In this document: one piece after another, positions 49,716-58,832 of the stretch
How the letters are laid out: each line of letters opens with the position of its first letter
Position numbering within the stretch: the stretch's first letter is position 1
Source of the DNA: Anaerolineales bacterium
GTDB taxonomy: Bacteria; Chloroflexota; Anaerolineae; Anaerolineales; E44-bin32
Direction: 5' to 3'
DNA: 64,000 nucleotides
Assembly: GCA_040899905.1 (NCBI GenBank)
Contig: JBBDZX010000005.1
Span: 629,722 to 693,721 of the forward strand
Notes under the pieces: model-generated
What the model was told of the DNA's origin: nothing
What the model saw: the letters and a program-made list of their open reading frames with translations, nothing else
Database searches by the model: none
Made by a program: the position numbers and the translations under genes

Positions 49716-50603
49716 CTATGGCGTGGGCTCCTCAGTCGGCGGCGGAGGCGGGTCCGTTGGGGTCGGAGGTGGGTCAGTTGGAGTCGGAGGCGCGTCCGTC
49801 GAAGTCGGAGGCGGGTCAGTCGGAGTCGGAGGTGGGTCAGTTGGAGTCGGAGGCGGGTCCGTCGGGGTCGGGGGAATCGCCGTCGCCGTGGCAGTTAGGG
49901 TCGGAGTGACTGTGGCGCTGGGCGTCGGAGGAATCGCCGTCGCCGTAGCAGTTGGGGTCGGAGTGACTGTGGCGCTGGGCGTCGGGGTCCGAGTGGGAGT
50001 CCGCGTAGGGGTAGATGTCGGCGTAGAAGTAGGTGTCAGTGAGGGAGGAGGATCTCCGGGATCGACCGCAGTGGGTATCGGGAGAACCGACAGAACATAG
50101 AAAGTGGCCGTAAACACAAGCTGGAGATCAGAAAGGCCATCCAAGTGCTTGTAGACCTTGATCTCGGCTTGGCTGCCGGCGGGCAGCGCCGGTCCAATGC
50201 AATAGAGCTTATCAGGATACCAGGGAGGGATGAAGCAACTGAACTCCTTTTCGGTCCAGGCCGTCACCGTCGCCGTAAACGAGCCCTCGAGGCCTCCCGG
50301 CACCACGATCCGGACCATCGAGCGACCGAAGGCCATGAGTGAGACGCCCTCCACATACGCCCCGGCGAAGGGATCGAGGCGCGTGGCAGTCGCCGCCAGC
50401 GTAGCGGTGGACGTCGCGGTGCTCATCTGCGTAGCTTCCGGCAGGACCTGGGTTGCCGAGGGCGTGGCGCTGAACGGTCGGCCCAGGAACAGTGGGTTGG
50501 GCCGCTCTGGAGCCGCCAACTCAAGTATCGCGAAGGGAGCCGCCAGCGCCAGCAACAGCGTTACGGCAATCGTGGCAGCCATGACCTTCGGCGAAAGTGG
50601 CAT
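49716..50603 (-). CDS. membrane-anchored/secreted protein with long C-terminal Pro/Thr tail
   Basis: MPLSPKVMAATIAVTLLLALAAPFAIL is followed by a small globular domain. About 110 aa of PT repeats then end at the stop. Confidence 0.75.
   Translation of the reverse strand: MPLSPKVMAATIAVTLLLALAAPFAILELAAPERPNPLFLGRPFSATPSATQVLPEATQMSTATSTATLAATATRLDPFAGAYVEGVSLMAFGRSMVRIVVPGGLEGSFTATVTAWTEKEFSCFIPPWYPDKLYCIGPALPAGSQAEIKVYKHLDGLSDLQLVFTATFYVLSVLPIPTAVDPGDPPPSLTPTSTPTSTPTRTPTRTPTPSATVTPTPTATATAIPPTPSATVTPTLTATATAIPPTPTDPPPTPTDPPPTPTDPPPTSTDAPPTPTDPPPTPTDPPPPPTEEPTP
49745..49987. repeat. coding tandem repeats: 21-nt units (PTDPPPT, ~6 copies) followed by 2 x 57-nt units
   Basis: GTCGGAGGYGGGTCMGTYGGR units recur. 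GGAATCGCCGTCGCCGT.GCAGTT.GGGTCGGAGTGACTGTGGCGCTGGGCGTCGG occurs at 49873 and 49930 (period 57). Confidence 0.75.
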
Positions 50604-50811
50604 TATCACCCTCGGACTCTCGAAGCACGAGTCCAATCAACCCATACGACTGCTCAGCCGCGACGTCGCGTTGTTCTGCCACACTTCGCGCCCGGATCGG
50701 CGGCTCAGTGTCACAGTGGAGGAGTATTCTCGGTTTCACGATTTCGATGTCTACTTAGACGGGGACCATCAAGATGGATCGAGTTTCCAAACTGAGCGAC
50801 CCGATCCGGAC

Positions 50812-51300
50812 ATGAAGAAACCGGCTTCCCATCCGGCTGCTTCCCCCGGCCAGCCCTCCTGCTTGACCCCGACGGCGTCATCGTCGCCAATCACGAGGAG
50901 GATGTGCGCCCACGGATCAGGTCGAGGTTTTCGACCAGGGCCTCGAGACCCTGGGACAGTCTAACCAATCCGGGGACCTGATCATTATCGTGACGAACCA
51001 GTCCGCGGTCGGCCGCGGCCTAATCGGCCTAGAAACGGCGTAGGAGATCAATCGCCCTGTCGTCCGCCGTATCGAACAGGCCGGCGGTCGGGTGGACGAC
51101 GTCTAAATGTGCCCGCATGCGCCAGCGGCCGGCTGCCCCTGTCGGAAGCCGCGGCCGGGGCTGATCCTAGAGGCGGCCCGGGAACACAACCTCGACTTGC
51201 GCAGGTCCACCTCGCTCGGGGAAGCGCTGACGGAGGCGCAAGCCGGACAGGCCGCCGGTTTGGGGACGACGGGACTGCTCAGCACTTGTCGCGTCCGGTC
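50812..51300 (+). pseudogene. gmhB, third copy, decayed (frameshift, in-frame TAG and TAA)
   Basis: ALLLDPDGVIVANHEEDVRP, a frameshift, then DQVEVFDQGLETLGQ...IIIVTNQSAVGRGLIGLETA*EINRPVVRRIEQAGGRVDDV*MCPHAPAAGCPCRKPRPGLILEAA... Confidence 0.8.
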
Positions 51301-51473
51301 GCAGGCCCTCCCCCCCGGGCCGCCGAGCTTTCAGCCTTCGAGATTCACGATTCACTGCTCGGGGCGGTCACTTCGCGGCTGGCGTCGGATCCTTCCCCCG
51401 CGAGAGCTGACGTCCGAGTCGATCAAACGAGGAGCCCGGCCTCCTGATCTCCGCTTCCTTTGTTGACGCGCTA

Positions 51474-53150
51474 TCAGGAATGACCGTCAGAATCTCGGCC
51501 TTCGCCCGAGGCCCCCGGGTCCGTTGTGGAACGCGCCCGGCCCCGAAGCCGGTCTACGAAGGCGCGGATTGGGCCACGCCCGTTGCCGACTCCTGGCTCC
51601 ATGCGGCCGGAACCATACCAGTACCCCAGGTAACCGTGCGAATAGGCCCGACTCGGGTCATTGATCACGATCCCGACGATCTTGCCATTCACGCGGCGAA
51701 GCTGATCGACGGCATGCTTGAGGGCCGACTCGGGGGTGTGCTTCAGGCGAACCACCACAAGGACTCCGTCCACGCTGGATGCCAGGACAGATGCATCAGC
51801 CAGCAGCGAGGGTGGGCTGTCAATAATCGTGACCTCGTACTCCTCATTCACGCTGGCCATGATCTGTTTCATGCGGGGGGAGTTCAGGATTTCGACTGGG
51901 CCAGGGCCGCCGCTCCCCGCCGGAATGACCCACAGGTTGTCGCTCACCGAGGAACGCTGCGAAACCGTCTTCAGCGGCGGCTTGGCGCCGAACAGATGCC
52001 GCAGGCCCTCGAGATTCGTGACCCCCAGCAGCTTGTGAGAGCTCGGCCGGCGAAGATCGGCATCGATCAGCAGTGTCTTCCTCCCCGCCTGCGCGTAGGC
52101 CCGCGCCAGGTTGGCGGCCACCATGCTCTTCCCATCCCCCGAACCGGGACTGACGACCAGGATGGATCGAAGAGGGATCTCGCCACCGGCGAAATCCAGA
52201 TTGATCCGCAGCGCGCGGAAGGCCTCGTAGTCCGGAGTGGCCGTATCAGTCACCTGGACACCCCCAGGAGAATCATCCTGGCTCCGCACCGAGGCGCGGG
52301 CAAGCCTGCCAATCACCGGGGCATCGGCGGCGCGCATGACGTCCTCCGGCTCGCGCAGAGTTACGTCCAAATGCTCGAGAAGATACGCCGCGCCTCCGCT
52401 GAGCGCCAGCGCGAGCGTGGCCGCCAAAGCGACATAGACCCAGTTCTCAGTGTTGACCGGGCGAGTTGGTAGGTCAGCCGACTCAACAACGCTGATGGTG
52501 TTGACCGGCTCTTCGTCGGTCACACTCAGTAGGGACGCATAGGTGGATTGCAGCGTCGTGAGCTTCGTCTGGAGCGCAGACAGGTCTGTCTGTGCGTCGG
52601 CGATTTGTTCGGCGCTGGTGAACTCCGCCAGGTCGAGCTGTGCCACAGCTATGGCATCCTGAGTCTCGATGATCTTCTCCTCCAGGTAGCTCAGCTGCTC
52701 CTGAATAAACTGCTCACCCTCCGGGTTGACCTGAGACATGGTCTCAGGGACGCGGGCGATGAGCTGCACCGCCAGTTCATTAGCTACCGCTTGGGCGCGG
52801 GCTGGGACTGTGTCTTGGACTACGATCTCGATCAGCTGTCCATCTACAGGAACGGTAACAGTGTAGTTTGGCAGTCCGTCCAGCCCCAGTGCCTCCATCG
52901 TCGCATTGCGAACCGGCTCACGCTTGGCGATGTCGGCGTAGAGACCGGCCAGCAGACGCGGGAGTGTAAAATCCGTGTTCGTCGGATTCGGGGATTGGAT
53001 TGTGCTGCCGACAATGAGCGTCGTCCGCGAAGCATAGAGAGGCTGCTGTCGCTCGACGGCAAAGTAGCTTGCCCCCGTCGCCAACAGGACGGAAAGCACA
53101 ACGAGCCACCACCAGCGTGCGATCGGACGAAGAGTAAAAGAAGCATCCAT
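51474..53150 (-). CDS. Wzz-domain / BY-kinase polysaccharide co-polymerase (Wzc/CapAB-like tyrosine autokinase)
   Basis: The N-terminal chain-length-determinant domain has TM helices. Walker A is SPGSGDGKSMVAANLA, Walker A' is LLIDADLRRP and Walker B is VTIIDSPP. The tail is Tyr-rich (YSHGYLGYWYGSG). Confidence 0.9.
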   Translation of the reverse strand: MDASFTLRPIARWWWLVVLSVLLATGASYFAVERQQPLYASRTTLIVGSTIQSPNPTNTDFTLPRLLAGLYADIAKREPVRNATMEALGLDGLPNYTVTVPVDGQLIEIVVQDTVPARAQAVANELAVQLIARVPETMSQVNPEGEQFIQEQLSYLEEKIIETQDAIAVAQLDLAEFTSAEQIADAQTDLSALQTKLTTLQSTYASLLSVTDEEPVNTISVVESADLPTRPVNTENWVYVALAATLALALSGGAAYLLEHLDVTLREPEDVMRAADAPVIGRLARASVRSQDDSPGGVQVTDTATPDYEAFRALRINLDFAGGEIPLRSILVVSPGSGDGKSMVAANLARAYAQAGRKTLLIDADLRRPSSHKLLGVTNLEGLRHLFGAKPPLKTVSQRSSVSDNLWVIPAGSGGPGPVEILNSPRMKQIMASVNEEYEVTIIDSPPSLLADASVLASSVDGVLVVVRLKHTPESALKHAVDQLRRVNGKIVGIVINDPSRAYSHGYLGYWYGSGRMEPGVGNGRGPIRAFVDRLRGRARSTTDPGASGEGRDSDGHS

Positions 53151-53219
53151 CAGTGTATTCGCGGAAGGGCTTCAAATCGCTGCCCTGTGCCCGCGCTCCC
53201 TCCTTTCAAAGGACCGGCA

Positions 53220-53363
53220 ATCGTCATAAGAATGTTCCTCTGCGGTAGGTCACCAGATCGACAGTGTGCCCCAGCCGGTCACCCCACGCAACCGCCGCAA
53301 AACGCTGATCGGCGTGCCCCGCGGTTCAAAGAACGGCTCGGGCGAGATCATCAGGAACTTCAT
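53220..53363 (-). pseudogene. GT4 5' fragment (third copy of the MK(V/F)LMI(A/S)PEPFFEPRG start)
   Basis: MKFLMISPEPFFEPRGTPISVLRRL..., then a frameshift and a stop. It has an ATGA overlap with the upstream chimeric ORF. Confidence 0.7.
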
Positions 53364-53764
53364 GGCTCCCCTTCCTCCTTGGCCGATCCCTTCGTACGGG
53401 GCCAGCCCGAGGGGACGGAACCAGCCGGCCTCGCCAACGCGACGCCCACCGGCGCCCGCTCCCCGCCGTTGTTGAGCGAGCCCAGGATGTTCACCTGCGC
53501 GTCGAACAGGGGATCGGCCACCGACCGGCGCACGTCCATCTGCGCGGCATGATGGTTGACCACCTCGGGTCGCTCCCGCTCGAAGACTTTCCGGACCGCT
53601 GGGTCACGGATGTCCATTTCATAGACGCGCGCCTCTTGGTTGAGGTTCGACCGCCTGCCGGTCGAGAGAGAGTCCAGGACGACCACATCATGGCCCTCCT
53701 GGAGATACAGATCGACCACGTACGACCCGATAAACCCGGCGCCGCCGGTAGCCAGGATGGTCAT
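53360..53764 (-). pseudogene. chimeric remnant: epimerase N-terminal 98 codons fused to a SIS-GAF-tail-like ~36 codons
   Basis: An AAGGAG RBS precedes [25 protein letters not shown]...[12 protein letters not shown]...VNILGSLN, by eye clearly homologous to 39209-40141. It then continues ...SGWPRTKGSAKEEGEP*, compared with ...[16 protein letters not shown] at 36949. Confidence 0.7.
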
Positions 53765-53929
53765 GAATGCTCCTTGCTTGAAGGTGAGTGGCTCGGCCTG
53801 CCGCGACCGCATGCCGAAGGGGGTATCACCGCCGGCCCGGCCAGCGCCTGTTGCGCCTTCCGCGCCGTCCTGGCCTTCTTCGCAGGCAGCCGGTAGAGAC
53901 GGCTTCGCCCGCTTTGGTTTTTCCACCTG

Positions 53930-54060
53930 GCCGCCACCAACGACCGGGATGGTCTGCCAGAGAAGCTGCAGGTGGCGAACACGAGGGTGAGGTCGCAGGC
54001 GGGGAATTGGTCACAAATGTCTTCGGCCCGTTGCGCACGTCGGCGTTGGCCGGAAGGTCT
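53930..54060 (-). pseudogene. fused fragments: ACAD internal piece joined to the last codons of a sugar phosphotransferase
   Basis: 53971-54045 matches 46186-46260 at about 80% (manual alignment, 60/75). CCGGGATGGTCTGCCAGAGAAGCTGCAG matches 40208-40235 (26/28). Confidence 0.65.
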
Positions 54061-54114
54061 GTGACGGCCCAGAAGGGAGTCCGTATCAGGCCCTGGGCGC
54101 TCGTGTTACCTGCT

Positions 54115-55551
54115 TCACGCTGGCCTTGGCAAGGGCTGCTCATCCGAGCGGGAAGAGTCATGCATGGTGGCGACCCGATGCAGGCTGAGCGCCGCTCCCA
54201 GGAACATCCATCCTGGTACAGCGTCCCGCATGCCGGCCAGTGTGATGTTGTACACGAAGGGTAACAACCAATCCGCCAACATTCCGGCCGCCACCATCCC
54301 TATCAGTCCTCCGAATAGGGAGTAGCTAAGCGCCCTCAGGAATCCGGAGACTCTCTGGTAGCCCCTTAGCCGCCAGAGTAGGGCGCCTGTGGAGACGGAG
54401 TACCACAAGAAAGCGGCGGCTCCTAGGAGCCCGGTCTGGGCCAGGAGGTCAATGTACTGATTGTGTGAGTTGAATAGCACGTTCCAGCCGAGAATCGGGT
54501 TTTCGATGGTATAGAAACGGTAGTTTGCGGGGCCAAAACCGAGTAGAGGACTCCGCTCCATCACCATCCCGACGACAATCTTCCCTGCCTCCACTCGAGT
54601 GACAGCGCTGTACTCCTCGTTAATGAGCAGCAGATCAACTATCTCGGACGCAAAGATGGCTCCCAGTATGAGCATAAACACCGTTGCTACAGCCGCAAAT
54701 CGCGGCCTTGCAGCCCATAGGAGGGCAGTCAAACCAACCAATGCAGGGAGCCATCCTGAGGCAAACTGGGGAGTGATTACTAGTCCCATATACAGAGAGA
54801 CGGCCGTGATCCCTACCAAGACGACTCGCCACAACACCGAGAGCTGGCTATTAAAGAAAGCCTGCCCGAACGCGAGGCACGTCATCCAGGTCCAGAAGAG
54901 GGGTCCGTTTGGACTCTGAACAACCACGAAGGATAGCGCCGCTTGCACGGAGGGAAAGAAAGTGAGCAAGACATACACACTGCCAAAGCCCAGGAACAGC
55001 CAGACCAACCGTTTCAGCCACCGCTCCGTCACAATGTAGCGATCCATTATGAAGACCAGACACGGGAGCAGGACGAGGACCCCAAGCTGGCCCAACTGAG
55101 CTGTCATTGGGGCAGGATCCAGGGGATACCACGGTAGTTGTCCGGCAAGAAAGGAAAGGAGCGTGACTGCAATAAAGATAGACAGCGGTAGATAGATAGA
55201 CGGCACCGTGAGCCGAACGTTCTGTGAGTCGCCGGTAGATACCTCAAGCAGGAAAGCCCCCACCACGAGCGCAAGACCAACCACGCTCATACTTACCTCT
55301 GTTCCTGTTCCGGTCCCAATCGTGATCGGCACCAGGAAGGAAAGCATCATGAGGCCTAGCAGCCCGACCGGTGGCCGTTTGAGCACGATGACTGTCAAAA
55401 GTAGAGCGGCGATCCCGCCGAGCGCCACGGCGATCAACTGCCGCGAACCGAATAGGCCAAGGATGGGACCGCTCAGAAGCACCAGAACCACTATCGCCAA
55501 GCGGCGATAACGATTATTGCTTTCCTGCCGCCACTCCCTTGTCCGAATCAT
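54115..55551 (-). CDS. O-antigen ligase/polymerase-like (Wzy_C domain) membrane protein
   Basis: It has at least 10 TM helices and FNSHNQYIDLLAQTGLLGAAAFLWY. Confidence 0.85.
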   Translation of the reverse strand: MIRTREWRQESNNRYRRLAIVVLVLLSGPILGLFGSRQLIAVALGGIAALLLTVIVLKRPPVGLLGLMMLSFLVPITIGTGTGTEVSMSVVGLALVVGAFLLEVSTGDSQNVRLTVPSIYLPLSIFIAVTLLSFLAGQLPWYPLDPAPMTAQLGQLGVLVLLPCLVFIMDRYIVTERWLKRLVWLFLGFGSVYVLLTFFPSVQAALSFVVVQSPNGPLFWTWMTCLAFGQAFFNSQLSVLWRVVLVGITAVSLYMGLVITPQFASGWLPALVGLTALLWAARPRFAAVATVFMLILGAIFASEIVDLLLINEEYSAVTRVEAGKIVVGMVMERSPLLGFGPANYRFYTIENPILGWNVLFNSHNQYIDLLAQTGLLGAAAFLWYSVSTGALLWRLRGYQRVSGFLRALSYSLFGGLIGMVAAGMLADWLLPFVYNITLAGMRDAVPGWMFLGAALSLHRVATMHDSSRSDEQPLPRPA

Positions 55552-55779
55552 GCTCCCATCCTGGCGCGGGTCCGACCGTGTGGCTCCGGACCCAGTCGCT
55601 TCACCAACTCGAACCGGTCAAAACATCCAAGGGAAAACCTAGGGGCGGCCACGCTCGGCTGGCGGGTCGAACCCATATAGGTCAGGAGACTTCTCTCCAG
55701 CGACAGGCCTGCGATGAGCATGGGACGCAACCACAGCCGAGCCCTAGAGAGGGTCTCAGGCTCCGGCGGTCGCGTCGAT

Positions 55780-56832
55780 CTACGTTTTGGGATGTCCAAA
55801 TGCGCCCATTCCTTCACGGTAGCCTCGGAAGATGTAACCGCCAACCACATACCGGTAGAGCGCCCTGAGCATCCCAGATGCCGGTCGCCACTTCTCCAAA
55901 GCCCTGACGGCGTGCTCCATGCACCACAACGCCGCCGGAGCTGAGGACAGCGAGCGGGCCAGTTTGCGGACGATCAAGCGCGTCCGATCCTTCCCCCAGG
56001 CGATGGGCGTCTTATCGTGGAACATGGGAGTGTGCTCCATCAGCTCAGGGTACTTCTGGAAGAGGACCACGGAGCGGTAGGCGGCCGTCCTCCAACGCTG
56101 GCTATAGGAATACAGCGTACGAGTGTAGCGATCCTGGTGCCAACAGATCGCCTGATGGCTGCGACGGAACTCAAAGCCTTTCTGAAAGGCGCGATAGTTG
56201 AAATCAAGATCACACCATATGCTCGATCCGGAGAAGGCCAGGCCCTGCATCATGCCAATCTCAAAGAAAGCTTCTCGCTCGAGCGCCATGTTGTTGCTGT
56301 GAATCTGGGTGAACGACAGTTCGGTTGTGGCCGTTGCGCGCTCCGCCATCTCGGAAGCGTGCAACGCCTCCACAAGCGGGGTCGATTCCGGAAGCCACGG
56401 TTTCCATATGCCGGCCACAATCCGACGGCGCCGCCCCGCAAGGGTGTGGACGAGTCCGGCCAAATAGCCTGGGTCCAGCACCATATCGTCGTCGATGAAC
56501 ACCAGCAGCTCGGCAAGACTGTGCCGGGCACCTAGGTTGCGAGCTGACGCATCCCCCTGGTTGCGTTGACGGTAGTAGCGTAGAGCAAAAGGAAATTGCT
56601 CGGCTGCGATTGCCTCCGTTCCATCCGTAGAGCCGTCGTCGACCACGATAATCTCAAGGCGATCGTTCGGATAGGTCTGCTGGGAGAGTGCATGGAGCAT
56701 GTTGCCGAGGAACTCCCTCCGGTTGTAGGTGGGGACAATGACGCCCAGCGAAGGGAGGGACGGACTCAAGCGCCCTCGTTCGGCCGACGGAAAGGCGATC
56801 TCCTTGAACTCTCCTTCGATCTCATTTAACAT
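55780..56832 (-). CDS. GT2-family glycosyltransferase
   Basis: LGVIVPTYNRREFL...IIVVDDGSTDGT...FIDDDM. The ATG at 56832 is preferred over the long upstream extension. Confidence 0.85.
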   Translation of the reverse strand: MLNEIEGEFKEIAFPSAERGRLSPSLPSLGVIVPTYNRREFLGNMLHALSQQTYPNDRLEIIVVDDGSTDGTEAIAAEQFPFALRYYRQRNQGDASARNLGARHSLAELLVFIDDDMVLDPGYLAGLVHTLAGRRRRIVAGIWKPWLPESTPLVEALHASEMAERATATTELSFTQIHSNNMALEREAFFEIGMMQGLAFSGSSIWCDLDFNYRAFQKGFEFRRSHQAICWHQDRYTRTLYSYSQRWRTAAYRSVVLFQKYPELMEHTPMFHDKTPIAWGKDRTRLIVRKLARSLSSAPAALWCMEHAVRALEKWRPASGMLRALYRYVVGGYIFRGYREGMGAFGHPKT

Positions 56833-57281
56833 GCGGGCACTGGCGACCGCTCGGTCACAGTTTGCTGACTTGCGATGGCCACCCTCCGGCGCAACTCGCG
56901 ATCCGCAACGGCGAGGAGGTTTCCGGAAGGTTGTAGGCGTCGCCCGGCGCGAACACCAATCCGTTTTCGCCGTGCTCGAAGATCTCGGGAGTTCCGCCCG
57001 TCGGTGTGGCGACGACGACCAGACCAGGCCATACCCTCCAAGGTCATTCGGGAGAATGGCTCCGGCCACGTCGAAGTCACAACGAGGGCGTCGAACTGCA
57101 TGAGAAGTTGGGGGACTCTGGCGGCTGCCACGTGCCCCAGGAAGGACACGTACTCGTCAGCCAGGCCTGCGACACGAGCTGCTGTAACCAGCTCTTTATG
57201 CCCGGCCGTGCCGGAGCTCGCCAGGCTCAGGTGGACATTCCGAGGGCCATGACCCTGGCCCAGCCTTTTCAGCGCCGCCAA
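56826..57281 (-). pseudogene. GT4 3'-half fragment with two internal frameshifts
   Basis: It is collinear with the C-terminal half of 57288-58544 (VHLSLASSGTAGHKEL...VSFLGHV...TSTWPEPFSRMTLEGMAWSG / LVVVATPTGGTPEIFEHGENGLVFAPGD / ...DRELRRRV). It begins right after that gene's stop, and by eye its GC is higher than that of its intact neighbour. Confidence 0.7.
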
Positions 57282-57287
57282 TAGGAG

Positions 57288-58544
57288 CTAGTCGGGGTCG
57301 TACGATCCTGAACGGTCCGCGAGACAATCCCTGAGGTAGGCGTCGATTTCGGTCACCATTCGATTCAGCGTGAATCTCTTCACGACCGTCCGGCGGCCGG
57401 CCTGCACCAAGCGGCGGTGCAATTCCGGATCGGAGACAAGGCGGACAACTTGGTCCGCCAGGCCATTTGCATCCCCCGGTGCAAATGTCAAACCGGTTTC
57501 GCCGTCACTCAGGATTTCTTTGGTCCCCCCCGTTGTCGTACCGACGACGACCAATCCCGAGGCCATCGCCTCCTGCGTAATTCGGGCGAGGGGCTCTTCG
57601 TAAAGAGAAGGAAGAATGAGAACGTCAAATCGCCTTAGGAGGTCCGGCATACTGTCCCTGGCAACCGGCTCGAGGAATGTCACATAATCCACCAAGCGCT
57701 CGCTCACAACGAGACTGCGCAGGGATCGTTCGTACTCCCGGTGGCCTGATCCAATCACAGTTAGGTGGACTTCATTGATCCTGCGCTCATCTACCAGCCT
57801 CGCCATAGCCTGGATCCCCGTGTGAACGCCCTTGTGTTGTACCAACTGCCCCGCGTAGAGCAACCTCAACCGCCGAGCGGGATGATCGGGCTGGTGAGCG
57901 CTGTAGAAGCGTGCCACATCTATGCCGTTATAGATCACGCGGGCGTGCCTCAGAGGCAAACCGGCCTCGACGAGAATCTCGCGCAACCTAGCACTAACAC
58001 AAATCACCTGCTCGAATCTTGGCCTAGGTTGGGGCTCGTTTGGGAGGATGGACATCGCGAGCGCGCTGAGAAAGCGTTTTGGCAGTCGCATAAGCCAGCG
58101 CCGGGAAGGCGACCGCCAATACGTGGTGTGCATGTCGGCTACCAGGGGCCAGTAGTCAGCCAGGTAATAAACCACCCTCCCCGGCATGAGACGTTCCGCC
58201 CACGCCGGGACCGCCTTCGACATCCCCCACATGCCCCAGACAAAGATCAGCTCTGGGGAGAAAGCGCTAACAACCCGTTCCAGCAGCGCCAGGTTTTCCC
58301 CGTGGTGCCGCTTCCAATGGGTGAGAAAGCGGAGAGGCTGATAGTGATGGAGATCGCTTTCGAGATGGAGAAGGCGATAGATGTCCTGCTCCTTCCCTTG
58401 CGCCTTCGCCAGGTCATGGCGGCTGGTCACCACGCCGATGGTGTGACCCCGCTGGGCCAACCCCTCGCTTACCTCCTGGCACAACTGCGTGTACCCACCG
58501 GCATGGGCCGGCGGGTAGAAGTTCGACAGAATGAGAATCCGCAT
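57288..58544 (-). CDS. GT4-family glycosyltransferase
   Basis: MRILILSNFYPPAHAGGYTQLCQEV...EPLARITQEAMASGLVVVGTTTGGTKEIL. Confidence 0.9.
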   Translation of the reverse strand: MRILILSNFYPPAHAGGYTQLCQEVSEGLAQRGHTIGVVTSRHDLAKAQGKEQDIYRLLHLESDLHHYQPLRFLTHWKRHHGENLALLERVVSAFSPELIFVWGMWGMSKAVPAWAERLMPGRVVYYLADYWPLVADMHTTYWRSPSRRWLMRLPKRFLSALAMSILPNEPQPRPRFEQVICVSARLREILVEAGLPLRHARVIYNGIDVARFYSAHQPDHPARRLRLLYAGQLVQHKGVHTGIQAMARLVDERRINEVHLTVIGSGHREYERSLRSLVVSERLVDYVTFLEPVARDSMPDLLRRFDVLILPSLYEEPLARITQEAMASGLVVVGTTTGGTKEILSDGETGLTFAPGDANGLADQVVRLVSDPELHRRLVQAGRRTVVKRFTLNRMVTEIDAYLRDCLADRSGSYDPD

Positions 58545-58832
58545 GAAGTTTGGGCCAATCCCGTTACGGAGTCGAACTCAGAGAGGGCGATAACTGCGAG
58601 CCCTGGTTCGCCGGCCCCGATCCGTCATCGATCGGAAACGGTTGCACCACCGGGAACCCTGGGATCGAGACGCACGTGGCGGAGTCCACAACGTAGTTAA
58701 CCTTGTGTTCCACAAGGGAGTCGACCACCGAAAGGGGGCCACTGATGCGCGCTCGTAGTAATCAACATCGCTTATCACGCCGCCCCGGTTGACGAAGACC
58801 CTCACCGGCTCAGGCCAGCGTCTGCGCAGAAT

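Noticed and set aside
58545-58832. A coding-like stretch between two GT4 genes (RVFVNRGGVISDVDYYERA / VVDSLVEHKVNYVVDSATCVSIPGFPVVQPFPIDDG in two frames).
   Set aside because: It probably represents another gene remnant. No family could be recognised and no start codon or RBS was found, so it is not called.
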